Source of the DNA: a virus
Taxonomy: Duplodnaviria; Heunggongvirae; Uroviricota; Caudoviricetes
DNA length: 64,000 nucleotides
IMG/VR virus record: IMGVR_UViG_3300010882_000010
Reading direction: 5' to 3' (one strand)
The position numbers were made by a program, and so were the translations under genes. Below the pieces are notes generated by a model. That model was given only the letters and a program-made list of their open reading frames with translations, was not told where the DNA came from and did no database searches. Below, in pieces: positions 37,234 to 46,408 of the stretch (position 1 is its first letter; each line of letters opens with the position of its first letter).

Positions 37234-37461
37234 ATGAGTAAGTACGAAACACTTTCAAGATTAGATGAACTTAGAGAAGAAGAAAAATGGCCAGTGGTAG
37301 AAATGGAATTATGGGATGGTCAAGTTTTGCATGGTCTTTACAGAGGTATGGATGGAGATGATACTTTAATGTTGAAAAACATGGAAAGAACATCCACACT
37401 TGGTTGGCATGTTGAAACTATTAAGAACATTACACTTTTAAAAGAAGATCAAAATGACTAA
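37234..37461 (+). CDS. Hypothetical protein.
   Basis: 75-aa ORF. Confidence 0.4.
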   Translation: MSKYETLSRLDELREEEKWPVVEMELWDGQVLHGLYRGMDGDDTLMLKNMERTSTLGWHVETIKNITLLKEDQND

Positions 37462-37699
37462 AGAAGAACAAGTTATTATTAAAACATCTTCATACACCGA
37501 GACTTTTCCGGAATCTTCTTGTAAAGTTAAAGTTGCTATTAGAGCAGTTGGATGGGATAAAAATGATTGTTTCAAAACTTACGTCTATGAAGATGCCATC
37601 TATGATGGTGGATTTGTTACTATTCCAGAAAAGAAACAGTCCTACCTTGCTTTTAATTTTCTCTTTCACAAGTTGAAACGTGAAGATTTAAAGAACTAA
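37454..37699 (+). CDS. Hypothetical protein.
   Basis: 81-aa ORF. Confidence 0.4.
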   Translation: MTKEEQVIIKTSSYTETFPESSCKVKVAIRAVGWDKNDCFKTYVYEDAIYDGGFVTIPEKKQSYLAFNFLFHKLKREDLKN

Positions 37700-37714
37700 A
37701 AAAGACTAAAAACA

Positions 37715-38473
37715 ATGAGTTTGATTAATGTTCTTAAACGAGCAAAACAATACAGTAATGTTATTGCTGTTGGTGATATTCATGGTCAGACATCTGAGTT
37801 AGGTTACAGGATTAAAAAGCGTTACAATATTGAGAATAGTGTTATTATTCTTTGCGGTGATATTGGAGTTGGTTTTCACAAGTTTAACTACCATAAAGAT
37901 GACTTTGCACGGTTAGATACTATTGCTAAATCTAGCAAAAATTTGATTATTGTAGTACGTGGAAATCATGATGATCCTACTTATTTTGATGGAAGTTTTA
38001 ACATGTTTACCAATATTGCTTTTGTACCAGATTACACAGTAGTAGAGACAAAAAACCAAAGAATACTTTGTGTAGGTGGTGGTGTTTCTATTGATAGGAC
38101 AGATCGAAAATTGGGAAGTTCTTATTGGGGTGATGCGGAGTTACCTGTTTATGATGAAGAGTTGTTAAAATCAGCAGGAGAAATTGATGTAATCTGTGCA
38201 CATGGAGCACCATCTTGGTGTGAACCGAGTAATAAAGATGGAATTGACTATTGGATTTCAAAAGATTCAGAATTAAGCAAGGACATCGACTATGAACGAA
38301 AAGTGATGGATCAGATTTTTAATTACTTAGAGAAAAACACAAAGAGTTTGAATTTTTGGGTTTATGGTCATTATCACATGTCAAAATCTCAAAATTATGA
38401 TGGGATGCGATATCGTGCTATTGATTGTATGGAATTTTTTCCAATTCCAGACCTTGATAGAAAATCGGAATAG
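37715..38473 (+). CDS. Calcineurin-like metallophosphoesterase (Ser/Thr phosphatase / ApaH / RNA-repair phosphoesterase family).
   Basis: IAVGDIHGQ (GDxHG), CGDIGVG (GDxxDRG-like) and VRGNHDD (GNHE/D). Confidence 0.7.
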   Translation: MSLINVLKRAKQYSNVIAVGDIHGQTSELGYRIKKRYNIENSVIILCGDIGVGFHKFNYHKDDFARLDTIAKSSKNLIIVVRGNHDDPTYFDGSFNMFTNIAFVPDYTVVETKNQRILCVGGGVSIDRTDRKLGSSYWGDAELPVYDEELLKSAGEIDVICAHGAPSWCEPSNKDGIDYWISKDSELSKDIDYERKVMDQIFNYLEKNTKSLNFWVYGHYHMSKSQNYDGMRYRAIDCMEFFPIPDLDRKSE

Positions 38474-38484
38474 ATAGTAAAAGG
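38467..38484 (+). promoter_or_regulatory. Copy 4 of the motif (GGAATAGATAGTAAAAGG).
   Basis: One mismatch (A to G); 11 nt upstream of the ATG at 38496. Confidence 0.5.
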
Positions 38485-38495
38485 AATAGTAAGAA

Positions 38496-39491
38496 ATGAC
38501 AGGTCATACAGTTTACCTTAAAGATACAGAAGAAAATCAATCACCTCTTTATACTAAAGAATTTTTTGATTATTCTAAAAACACAAGCGCACAATTTGAA
38601 GCATACATCAGTGGTCAGAATTATTGGAATAAGCCGTTAAGTAGACTTGATATTCATGGAGTTTACTATATTGGAAGTGGTTCACAATATGAAGGACAAT
38701 CTGGGGGTATTTCAGGAATACTTTTAGTGCATCATGAACCCGGGACTGTAAAAGAAGAGTTTGCACCATTAGATATTAAGTTAGACCAATTATTGCAAAC
38801 TGAAATTACTAACTTAGGACAAATTTTAAATGTTAGATTAACTCAAGATTCAGAATGCCCGCCTGTTGATATGAGAGAATTTGGTATTGAAAATTCAGCA
38901 GGAGAAATAGCATCACTTTACATCAACGAGAAAAAACAATTCAGATTTTTTAGTCATCATATTGGAAGACCAATTTTGGATATGGAAGGAGAGCGAGAAG
39001 AAAACAAATGGTTTACAATTACAAGACTTAATCAAAGTGCAACATCTGGATTTGATAGTCGTGAATTAAAATCATCCATGAATCCGATAGCAGATAATGA
39101 TACTAAAAAATATCGGTTGATTTTTTGGGATTTGACAAAGCGTTGTATGCTTTATGTTTACAAAGCACCGGCAAATCTTGGAGATGTAGGCGAGTTCTAT
39201 GAAAATTTGGAATTGATAGCAAAAACTGTAACTAACAAAGGATTTGATTTGGCGGCTGATGTTACTTTGGGATTTGGTACTTACTTTATCAGATTGAGAA
39301 TAATTGAAGATGGTTGTACTAAATTTAATCTTGATTTAAGAGAAATTGGTACTAATAGTGGAGAAATCGGATTTGAGTTTGAAAATCCATTTAGCAATAC
39401 AATAATAATGCCAATTACAGGAGATGGTCCTCCTACAGGAGAAACAGGAACAACAGGTTCTACCGGAAGTACCGGGGTTACAACAAGATAA
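38496..39491 (+). CDS. Probable structural (tail or fibre) protein with a C-terminal collagen-like G-X-T repeat tail.
   Basis: The C terminus is GDGPPTGETGTTGSTGSTGVTT. An immediately upstream GGAATAGATAGTAAAAG copy lies at 38467-38484. Confidence 0.5.
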   Translation: MTGHTVYLKDTEENQSPLYTKEFFDYSKNTSAQFEAYISGQNYWNKPLSRLDIHGVYYIGSGSQYEGQSGGISGILLVHHEPGTVKEEFAPLDIKLDQLLQTEITNLGQILNVRLTQDSECPPVDMREFGIENSAGEIASLYINEKKQFRFFSHHIGRPILDMEGEREENKWFTITRLNQSATSGFDSRELKSSMNPIADNDTKKYRLIFWDLTKRCMLYVYKAPANLGDVGEFYENLELIAKTVTNKGFDLAADVTLGFGTYFIRLRIIEDGCTKFNLDLREIGTNSGEIGFEFENPFSNTIIMPITGDGPPTGETGTTGSTGSTGVTTR

Positions 39492-39527
39492 AACAAAAAA
39501 TTTTGCTTTTTTAGTTACTATCGAGAA

Positions 39528-39615
39528 ATTGTTAGTAACTTTTTTCTTTTAAAGACGTTTCGTATCAGTATTTTTAGTATTTTTACAGTATCAAAACAAT
39601 CAAAATTCAATCAAA
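39528..39615 (+). promoter_or_regulatory. Promoter element copy E (near-duplicate of copy A).
   Basis: aattgttagtaacttttttcttttaaagacgtttcgtatcagtatttttagtatttttacagtatcaaaacaatcaaaat. Confidence 0.55.
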
Positions 39616-39972
39616 ATGTCACAAGAAAAATTAACAAAAGAACACATCCAACTGAAGCTGGAAACTGACATCCGTTGGTTAGAAAGAGCAGTTGTAGCAA
39701 TTTGGGAATTCCAAACTGAACAAGAAAAATCTTACCAATCTACTTTAGAGTTTAATGGTGTAGGTTTTAATGGTTCAGATGCTCCATTTTTAACGAGTAT
39801 TGCCAATCATCTTAACAAAGGAAGACATCTTACTGAAAAGCAAATCCCTTACGTTCGTAAGAAAATGAAAAAGTATGCTGGTCAACTTTTGAGAATTGCA
39901 AATGCTAAAGCAGTAGCTAAAGCACAGAGAGAAGAAAATCAATCAAATTATCAACTTAAAATCAATTACTAA
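39616..39972 (+). CDS. Hypothetical protein.
   Basis: 118-aa ORF downstream of promoter element copy E. Confidence 0.45.
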   Translation: MSQEKLTKEHIQLKLETDIRWLERAVVAIWEFQTEQEKSYQSTLEFNGVGFNGSDAPFLTSIANHLNKGRHLTEKQIPYVRKKMKKYAGQLLRIANAKAVAKAQREENQSNYQLKINY

Positions 39973-39973
39973 G

Positions 39974-40165
39974 ATGAACACAATTAGAATTTCCATGTCA
40001 ATAATGTCCTATCTTTCAGATGCACAAGCAATGATAGAATTAGGTATGCTTAAAGAAGCAAATGCCAGAATTAACTGTGCAAAATCAATTTTGTTAGATT
40101 TTCCGAATACTAATGAGGAAGTAGACAAAAGAGCAATTTACGAATCAATTAAAGAATGGTTGTAA
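39974..40165 (+). CDS. Hypothetical protein.
   Basis: 63-aa ORF. Confidence 0.4.
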   Translation: MNTIRISMSIMSYLSDAQAMIELGMLKEANARINCAKSILLDFPNTNEEVDKRAIYESIKEWL

Positions 40166-41430
40166 TGGAAGGAATAGTAATAATTAACAATGCACAGACA
40201 CAAGCAGGTAAGATTTTATTGGAACTTGAATGTGAACGAATAGTAAACCAAGAACCATTCATTACAAATCTTATTGCAATAGGTGGAAAGCCATATTATG
40301 TTGGCGGTTTTGTAAGGGACTATTTAATGGGTAGACCTAATAAAGATATTGACATCATAGTTGAAGGGCTTAATATTGAACAGATTAGAAAATCTTTGAC
40401 TTACTTTGGTAAAGTAGATGTTGTTGGAGAAAGTTTTGCGGTTGTAAAGTTTAAATCTTCAGATACCGGAATTGAGTATGATATTGCAGCACCAAGAATC
40501 GACAAGAAAGTTGCAGAAGGTCACAAAGGGTTTGAAGTTGTTTCAGGAAGTGAAGTAACTTTAGAAGAGGATCTTTTGCGTAGAGATTTCAGAATTAATA
40601 GTATTGCAGTTGACATCCAAACAGGGAAAATAGTGGATCCATTTAATGGAATTGCTGATATTGAAAAACGTAGAATTACAATGACAAATCCTCAAGCTTT
40701 TCTTGATGATCCATTGAGAATTTTAAGGGCTGTTCAATTTTCTATTCGGTTTGATTTTTCAATAACAGATGGAACTTTCCAATTGATGAGAGAACATATG
40801 AAGTTGATTAAAGAAATTCCTGGCGAGAGAATACATGAAGAGTTTGTTAAAATTGCTATGAAAAATGGCAGTGCTATTAAGACTTACCAATTATTAAGAC
40901 AGTTGAATTTTCATCAATACTTTAATAGTAGTATGCAATGGGTAATTAATTCAGTTCAAGATCTTAAGATTGGAAGATTAAAGACAGGAATTTACGAGTA
41001 CAATACAATGGGTGAGTTTTTTACTATCATTTGCGGTTGTCATTCTAAAGCACCGGAATTTTATCAAGAAGTTTTGAAGGGTGAAACAAGCACATATAAA
41101 CAGATGAAAGCCATTCTATTTTACAAGAAAAACAGGTTTGAACATCCGGGAATTTTGGCAAGTAAAATGGTGAAGATTACGAATGATAGTTTTAGTTTTA
41201 CTAAAAATGTTGTGCCAGATGATGAAGTAAGAAGGTACTTGCATGATATGAGAGATGAGATATTGCCGGCATACGTAAAGGATTTGAAAATTAATGGTAA
41301 TGATGCAATAGAAGCAGGATATGAAGGTAAAAGAATTGGAGATATCTTGCAACGACTTTACGAAGGGGTAATAATGGGATGGTTTCCAAATGAACGTGAA
41401 AAATTGTTAGAACTTTTAAAATTAAAGTAA
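40156..41430 (+). CDS. tRNA nucleotidyltransferase (CCA-adding enzyme / poly(A) polymerase family, class II).
   Basis: Head-domain signature GGKPYYVGGFVRDYLMGRPNKDIDIIVEG (GGxVRD ... DxD). Confidence 0.75.
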   Translation: MVVMEGIVIINNAQTQAGKILLELECERIVNQEPFITNLIAIGGKPYYVGGFVRDYLMGRPNKDIDIIVEGLNIEQIRKSLTYFGKVDVVGESFAVVKFKSSDTGIEYDIAAPRIDKKVAEGHKGFEVVSGSEVTLEEDLLRRDFRINSIAVDIQTGKIVDPFNGIADIEKRRITMTNPQAFLDDPLRILRAVQFSIRFDFSITDGTFQLMREHMKLIKEIPGERIHEEFVKIAMKNGSAIKTYQLLRQLNFHQYFNSSMQWVINSVQDLKIGRLKTGIYEYNTMGEFFTIICGCHSKAPEFYQEVLKGETSTYKQMKAILFYKKNRFEHPGILASKMVKITNDSFSFTKNVVPDDEVRRYLHDMRDEILPAYVKDLKINGNDAIEAGYEGKRIGDILQRLYEGVIMGWFPNEREKLLELLKLK

Positions 41431-41609
41431 TGAATCCGGTATTTAAAAATAACATGAATCTTAGTTTAAAAATGGAAAATCTAAGATTACAAAGAGAATT
41501 AGAAAAAATTAAACAACAAGAACAAGTAGATGAAGAATCTTTGTATGTGGTTTTGATTTGTACTGTGGTTTTTGTTTTTGGAATTTTAATCGGTTGTTCA
41601 ATTTTCTAA
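41430..41609 (+). CDS. Small membrane protein (59 aa) with a coiled-coil N terminus and a C-terminal TM helix.
   Basis: MNPVFKNNMNLSLKMENLRLQRELEKIKQQ...LYVVLICTVVFVFGILIGCSIF. Below the ORF-track cutoff. Confidence 0.3.
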   Translation: MNPVFKNNMNLSLKMENLRLQRELEKIKQQEQVDEESLYVVLICTVVFVFGILIGCSIF

Positions 41610-41652
41610 AACTATTGGGAAAATTCGTGTTTAAATTAAAAAGATTTGAGTA

Positions 41653-41925
41653 ATGGAAGATATCAAAATATTAAAAGAAGGGAATCTTTATACTATTATT
41701 TTAGATGATCAGACTATTAAAACTAAAGTAACGGAACAATTTTTAGAGGATTTTAAACTTTTGGGTATTCTTCCTGAAGAAGGAACAGAAGAAGAAATTC
41801 AACAAGCACTTGAAAATTACTTAATTCAAGGCGCTAAACAATACGTAGAGAAAGGTTTAAACAAACCAAAAACTCTAAGACAAGAATTAGAACAAGAAGA
41901 TTTAGAAGAACTAGAAAATTACTAA
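41653..41925 (+). CDS. Hypothetical acidic protein.
   Basis: 90-aa ORF. Confidence 0.4.
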   Translation: MEDIKILKEGNLYTIILDDQTIKTKVTEQFLEDFKLLGILPEEGTEEEIQQALENYLIQGAKQYVEKGLNKPKTLRQELEQEDLEELENY

Positions 41926-41930
41926 ACAAT

Positions 41931-42188
41931 ATGGCTGAAAAGAAACTTGAAAAATTACATCTTGAAAATCTTTGGATTCGATATTCAGATTATGGTAAAA
42001 CATACTCGGGTTCAATTGAATTTGCAAACAAGAAAGTAGAGTTCAAATTACAATTTGGAGATGAAATGGCAAAACGTCTTATTGCTTTACTTGCTAATGA
42101 AATCCAAGAAGCAAAAGATACTCTTGCACAAGAAATGGTTAAAGCTATTGAAGAAACAACAGAAGAAAAAATTGAAGAAACAGTATGA
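41931..42188 (+). CDS. Hypothetical protein.
   Basis: 85-aa ORF. Confidence 0.4.
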   Translation: MAEKKLEKLHLENLWIRYSDYGKTYSGSIEFANKKVEFKLQFGDEMAKRLIALLANEIQEAKDTLAQEMVKAIEETTEEKIEETV

Positions 42189-42571
42189 TTGAACAAAGAG
42201 AAATAATGAAAATTTTATGGCTTATCATTAAAGAACAAATTGTTATTAATAAAAAACTGGAAGATAGATTAAGAAGTGTAGAAAGAAAGAATAAGAAGAT
42301 AGGACCTAGCACCGGACTTAATGAAAGTAGTGGAATTAAGAGAGGTTTGGATAAAATGGAATACTTGCACAAAAATTTAACAAAATCTTTTGTTGCTAAA
42401 AATCCAAATCAAAGTGATGAAGAAGTTGAAAAGATGATGGCGGAGTATGAAGAACAATATTATCCGACTATTGAAGAAGAAAAAGATTTTTTTCCAAAAA
42501 TTGAAGAGTTGGTAAAGCATGTGCAAAATTTAAATCTTCAAAATAAAGCATGGGAACAATTAAACAGTTAG
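42185..42571 (+). CDS. Hypothetical protein.
   Basis: 128-aa ORF. Confidence 0.45.
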   Translation: MIEQREIMKILWLIIKEQIVINKKLEDRLRSVERKNKKIGPSTGLNESSGIKRGLDKMEYLHKNLTKSFVAKNPNQSDEEVEKMMAEYEEQYYPTIEEEKDFFPKIEELVKHVQNLNLQNKAWEQLNS

Positions 42572-42577
42572 AGAATT

Positions 42578-43039
42578 ATGGAAATTGAAAAATTAGGTGA
42601 GTCATTACAGTTAGTTTCTTTTGAACAAGCTTTAGAATTAAAAGATGTAGGTTTTAATTGGTTTTGTGAAAGATACTATCATGTTGATGGTGGTTGGTTA
42701 GATGACGATGGAGATAAGTATGCTTACAATTGGAATACAACCAACAATGAAGATTTATCAGAAAGACTTTTTGATGGAGATGAAGTTGTTAATGTTTGTT
42801 CAGCACCTCCGGTAGATTTAGTTTTCCGGTGGTTTTATCAAGTTCATGAAATTCATCCGGTTGTTCACATGTACTTTGATACAAAAACAGGTGCAGAATT
42901 TTTTGGTGCTTTTCAAGATATCAATTCAACAGAAAAAAGAACACATCACTATACTAACAAAAATTACAAAGACAAAGACGAAGCAGCACTAGAATTAGTG
43001 AGTAGAATAATCAGTTACATGCAAAGCAAATTAAATTAA
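42578..43039 (+). CDS. Hypothetical protein.
   Basis: 153-aa ORF. Confidence 0.5.
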   Translation: MEIEKLGESLQLVSFEQALELKDVGFNWFCERYYHVDGGWLDDDGDKYAYNWNTTNNEDLSERLFDGDEVVNVCSAPPVDLVFRWFYQVHEIHPVVHMYFDTKTGAEFFGAFQDINSTEKRTHHYTNKNYKDKDEAALELVSRIISYMQSKLN

Positions 43040-43506
43040 TGAAAAAGTACACCATTTACTTAGATTTTGACGGAACAGTAGTAGAACATGACTATCTTAG
43101 AATGGGTAGACCTAATTATGGTTTTGTAGAACCATTGATGAAGTTACAAAATGCAGGTCATGAAATTATTCTCAATACTACAAGAATTGAATTAAGTAAA
43201 GAGTCTTTTGATGATAGTATAGAATTTTTTGATAGTGCTTGGATGTTTATTACGGATAGAAACAGAATTAATGATGAAGAGTATATTAATAGTATTAATA
43301 TCAAGATAGACAAGCATACTGATAAAAAATTGACACCATGGCCTTGGGATTGGAAATTATTTCATGAAAAGAATACAATTTTCATTGATGATTGGTGTTC
43401 AAAAATACCACTAAAACAAACAGGTTATGATTGTGGAATGATGGTAAATTGGGATGAACTTGATAAACAATTTGAAAAAGAAGGACTCTATGAAAACATT
43501 GCCTAA
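43039..43506 (+). CDS. HAD-superfamily phosphatase-like protein.
   Basis: Motif I YTIYLDFDGTVVEHD (DxDGT). Confidence 0.55.
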   Translation: MKKYTIYLDFDGTVVEHDYLRMGRPNYGFVEPLMKLQNAGHEIILNTTRIELSKESFDDSIEFFDSAWMFITDRNRINDEEYINSINIKIDKHTDKKLTPWPWDWKLFHEKNTIFIDDWCSKIPLKQTGYDCGMMVNWDELDKQFEKEGLYENIA

Positions 43507-43729
43507 TTTTTGTCCTTATTGCGGGACTAAGGTTTTAATTCACTATGATAATGGTAAGATAAAATGTCATGAGTGTGAAAAGGTTTTTACAGTAAAGTTA
43601 ATTGAGAAGAAAATTTTACCATCTCCTCAAATTGATAAGGATGTTACTTTGATAAAGAAAACAGAGGTGCCAGCAATTAGAAGAACAATAGCAACATCAT
43701 ACATTAAGAACGGTTACACTTTTAATTAG
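43490..43729 (+). CDS. Small zinc-ribbon protein.
   Basis: CPYCGTKV...CHECEK. The likely ATG at 43490 lies within the 43454 ORF. Confidence 0.4.
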   Translation: MKTLPNFCPYCGTKVLIHYDNGKIKCHECEKVFTVKLIEKKILPSPQIDKDVTLIKKTEVPAIRRTIATSYIKNGYTFN

Positions 43730-43735
43730 AATATT

Positions 43736-44281
43736 ATGGAAGGATTTGTTACAAATGAACAAGCTAAGCAATTAAAGAAATTAGGATTTCCACAAAGTTG
43801 GTCAGAAGATAATCTTTTTGATAGAAGTGAACCTAATTGTAAAGATTGCATATCATTAAGAAGTGATAAAAAGAGTAAAGATGAAATTTTTAGAACATCT
43901 TGGAATAAAGCTTGTTACTATGATTGTATTGAATTTTCCGGAGATGATTCAGAAAGATGGGTGCTTGCAAGAACATCAAAGAAAAGAGCAGAAAGTTGTA
44001 GAGATTTTGCAAGAGAACAGTGGACAATACCATCAATTTCTGAAGCAATATCTTGGTTTAGAAATAATCTAGATTTTAAGATTAAGTGTGGTGTTGGTGT
44101 AGGAGTGGATGATGTTTTAATGGAGCCAACATATGAATGGACTTTTGATGTTGGAGTTGGTTTAATTCATGCAAAAACAGGCTATTATTCTTACGAAGTT
44201 GCAGAAAAAGCTTTATTAGAACATATTCTGGAAGGTTTTGAAAAATGGGAATCTTTGATTAAAAAGAAGATACCAAACTAA
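43736..44281 (+). CDS. Hypothetical protein.
   Basis: 181-aa ORF. Confidence 0.5.
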   Translation: MEGFVTNEQAKQLKKLGFPQSWSEDNLFDRSEPNCKDCISLRSDKKSKDEIFRTSWNKACYYDCIEFSGDDSERWVLARTSKKRAESCRDFAREQWTIPSISEAISWFRNNLDFKIKCGVGVGVDDVLMEPTYEWTFDVGVGLIHAKTGYYSYEVAEKALLEHILEGFEKWESLIKKKIPN

Positions 44282-44287
44282 AACTTT

Positions 44288-44761
44288 TTGAACTTTCAGC
44301 ATATTAAAACTAAGCAGAGTTTTAAAAAAGAATTAAAATTACTACAAAATACTATGAGACATGAAATTGAACGCGCGGAAAATGGCGTGATATGGAGAGA
44401 TATCTGGGGTCCTCAAGAATGGGATGATACAGATAATGAAAAAATTGATACTACAGTTTTTGAAATGCCTACTTTCGTAGATGGTTGGCATGAATTTGAT
44501 GAAGAAGAAATTGGAAAAATACGCGGATTTCTTTGGACTGTTCTTGATAAATTAGGTCTTGATTGGAACAAGTACCGTAAGAACAATATCTCTATTACAA
44601 CAGATCATGGTGATCACTATGAATTTCAAGAATACGATAGAGATTTTATTTTGGAAAAAATTAAAGAACATCAATTTGAACTTGAATGTTGGGAAGAACA
44701 ATTGGGATATCTCGACGAAGCCAAGAAAGAGAAAGAAGAAAAGCAAACTAAGAACGACTAA
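44288..44761 (+). CDS. Hypothetical acidic protein.
   Basis: 157-aa ORF. Confidence 0.5.
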   Translation: MNFQHIKTKQSFKKELKLLQNTMRHEIERAENGVIWRDIWGPQEWDDTDNEKIDTTVFEMPTFVDGWHEFDEEEIGKIRGFLWTVLDKLGLDWNKYRKNNISITTDHGDHYEFQEYDRDFILEKIKEHQFELECWEEQLGYLDEAKKEKEEKQTKND

Positions 44762-44771
44762 AATACTACTA

Positions 44772-45392
44772 ATGAAAAGAGAAGATTGTCCATTCTGTAA
44801 TGTTGCAGAATTGGGTCATGAAATTATCATAGAAACAGAAAATTGTGTTTCGTTTTACAACAAGTTTCCAATTTGCAAAGGTCATGCACTTGTTGTTTGT
44901 AAAGATCACCGAGGATTAAAATCAAAGTGGTACAATGAGTATTGGCAATTGATTGAAGATACAGTTAAAATTTTAGAAGTAAAGTTCCATCCTGATGGTA
45001 TGAACATCGGAATGAATCGAGGTTTTTATGCTGGTCAATCAGTAGAGCATGAACATATGCACTTAATTCCGAGATACAAAGGAGATGTTGAAAATCCTAT
45101 CGGAGGGGTTTGCAATATTGTACCACATCTTCCGAGTTATTACAAAAATGAAGAAAATGAAACTTGCCATTTACCAGCAAATTTAAAGCCCGGTGAAGCA
45201 ATGAAGTATGGAAATTTTGCTATTACATGCTTGGATTTTACTAAAATAGAAACAAAAGAATCAATGCCTGTTCCTTGTGAGTATTGTGATTTGCAATATC
45301 ATGATGTTTTCAATCAATGTCAAAATTTTGTTGATTGTGATCTTTCAGGTGATACAACAGTTTACAGAGTAACTAACTTAATGAAAGAATAA
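44772..45392 (+). CDS. HIT-family (histidine triad) nucleotide hydrolase with a Cys-rich C-terminal extension.
   Basis: N-terminal CPFCNV, the histidine triad EHEHMHLIPR (HxHxHxx), and a C-terminal CEYCDLQYHDVFNQCQNFVDCD cluster. The start is set at the ATG at 44772; the track's upstream start overlaps the previous gene. Confidence 0.7.
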   Translation: MKREDCPFCNVAELGHEIIIETENCVSFYNKFPICKGHALVVCKDHRGLKSKWYNEYWQLIEDTVKILEVKFHPDGMNIGMNRGFYAGQSVEHEHMHLIPRYKGDVENPIGGVCNIVPHLPSYYKNEENETCHLPANLKPGEAMKYGNFAITCLDFTKIETKESMPVPCEYCDLQYHDVFNQCQNFVDCDLSGDTTVYRVTNLMKE

Positions 45393-46339
45393 TGAGAATT
45401 TTAGTTTTTGGTTCAACTGGTCAATTGGGACAGTGTTTCAAGGAGATTCACAAGAATTATCCAGAACATGATTTTGTTTTCTTGACAAGACATGAGCTTG
45501 ATTTAATGAAATGTTGTCTTGAAGATAAGACTAGACTTTCAAATTATTTTAGGTTAACACATCCTGATATTGTAATTAATTGTGCTGGTTACACAGATGT
45601 AGAAAAAGCAGAGTATGATACTTTAAATTGTTTTACTTTAAATGCTTTAGTTCCACAGGAAATGGCACTTAGATGTAAAGAGCAAAATATCAAGTTTATC
45701 CATTTTTCAACAGATTACGTTTTTAATGGAACTAAGAAAGGTGAGTATGTTGAAGGAGATGATATTGTGTTTCAAAGAGCAACCAATTTCTATGGTTTTT
45801 CAAAACAATTGGGCGAGCAATACGTACTACATGAAAATCCGGTAGGTTTTATCATTAGAATTTCAGGATTAGTTTCTACTTATGGTAAGAACTTTGTGAA
45901 AACTATGATTAAAAAATTTCAAGATAATGCAAATTTCAAAGATCTTAAAGTAGTTAGAGATCAATGGACTAAGTTAACATCCGGACATGATTTAGCAGAA
46001 TTTGTGATGCACTTGATTAATGACTATGAATGCAAGCCACAATGTATGATTAAAGGTCCTATTCAAGGAATTGACATCTTACACTATGGAAATGCGCCAT
46101 CTAATTCTTGGTATTATTTTGCAAGATTAATTCAAGAAAAGATGATAGAACTTGAAATTCCTAATGAATGCACTTTAATACCGGTTGATACAGATAAAGA
46201 ATCTACAATAGCCAAAAGACCACAAAATTCAGTACTTAATAATCTAAAGACAATAATCCAATACAATGATACTCCGGGATTGATAGATGATACTATTAAA
46301 AGAATTATCCAATCTGAGTTAAAAGAAAATTGTTCGTAA
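45392..46339 (+). CDS. NAD(P)-dependent epimerase/reductase (RmlD-like short-chain Rossmann protein).
   Basis: N-terminal MRILVFGSTGQLGQ glycine-rich dinucleotide-binding motif and ~315 aa length. The last codons and stop (AAT TGT TCG TAA) lie in promoter element copy H. Confidence 0.65.
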   Translation: MRILVFGSTGQLGQCFKEIHKNYPEHDFVFLTRHELDLMKCCLEDKTRLSNYFRLTHPDIVINCAGYTDVEKAEYDTLNCFTLNALVPQEMALRCKEQNIKFIHFSTDYVFNGTKKGEYVEGDDIVFQRATNFYGFSKQLGEQYVLHENPVGFIIRISGLVSTYGKNFVKTMIKKFQDNANFKDLKVVRDQWTKLTSGHDLAEFVMHLINDYECKPQCMIKGPIQGIDILHYGNAPSNSWYYFARLIQEKMIELEIPNECTLIPVDTDKESTIAKRPQNSVLNNLKTIIQYNDTPGLIDDTIKRIIQSELKENCS

Positions 46340-46408
46340 CTTTTGACAAAGAACTAAAGAACGTAAACTAATTTTCACTATTTTTACCAACTTTTAAACA
46401 CTAACACG
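46328..46408 (+). promoter_or_regulatory. Promoter element copy H, a variant (TTGTTCGTAAC) upstream of the sigma-factor gene.
   Basis: aattgttcgtaacttttgacaaag ... cactatttttacc; ATG at 46409. Confidence 0.45.

Noticed and set aside
40156-41430. Considered whether the 424-aa ORF next to the PrfH-like gene could be the missing RtcB ligase.
   Set aside because: It has the class-II nucleotidyltransferase head signature GGxVRD...DxD (CCA-adding enzyme / poly(A) polymerase). It has none of the His/Cys-rich metal-binding motifs of RtcB.
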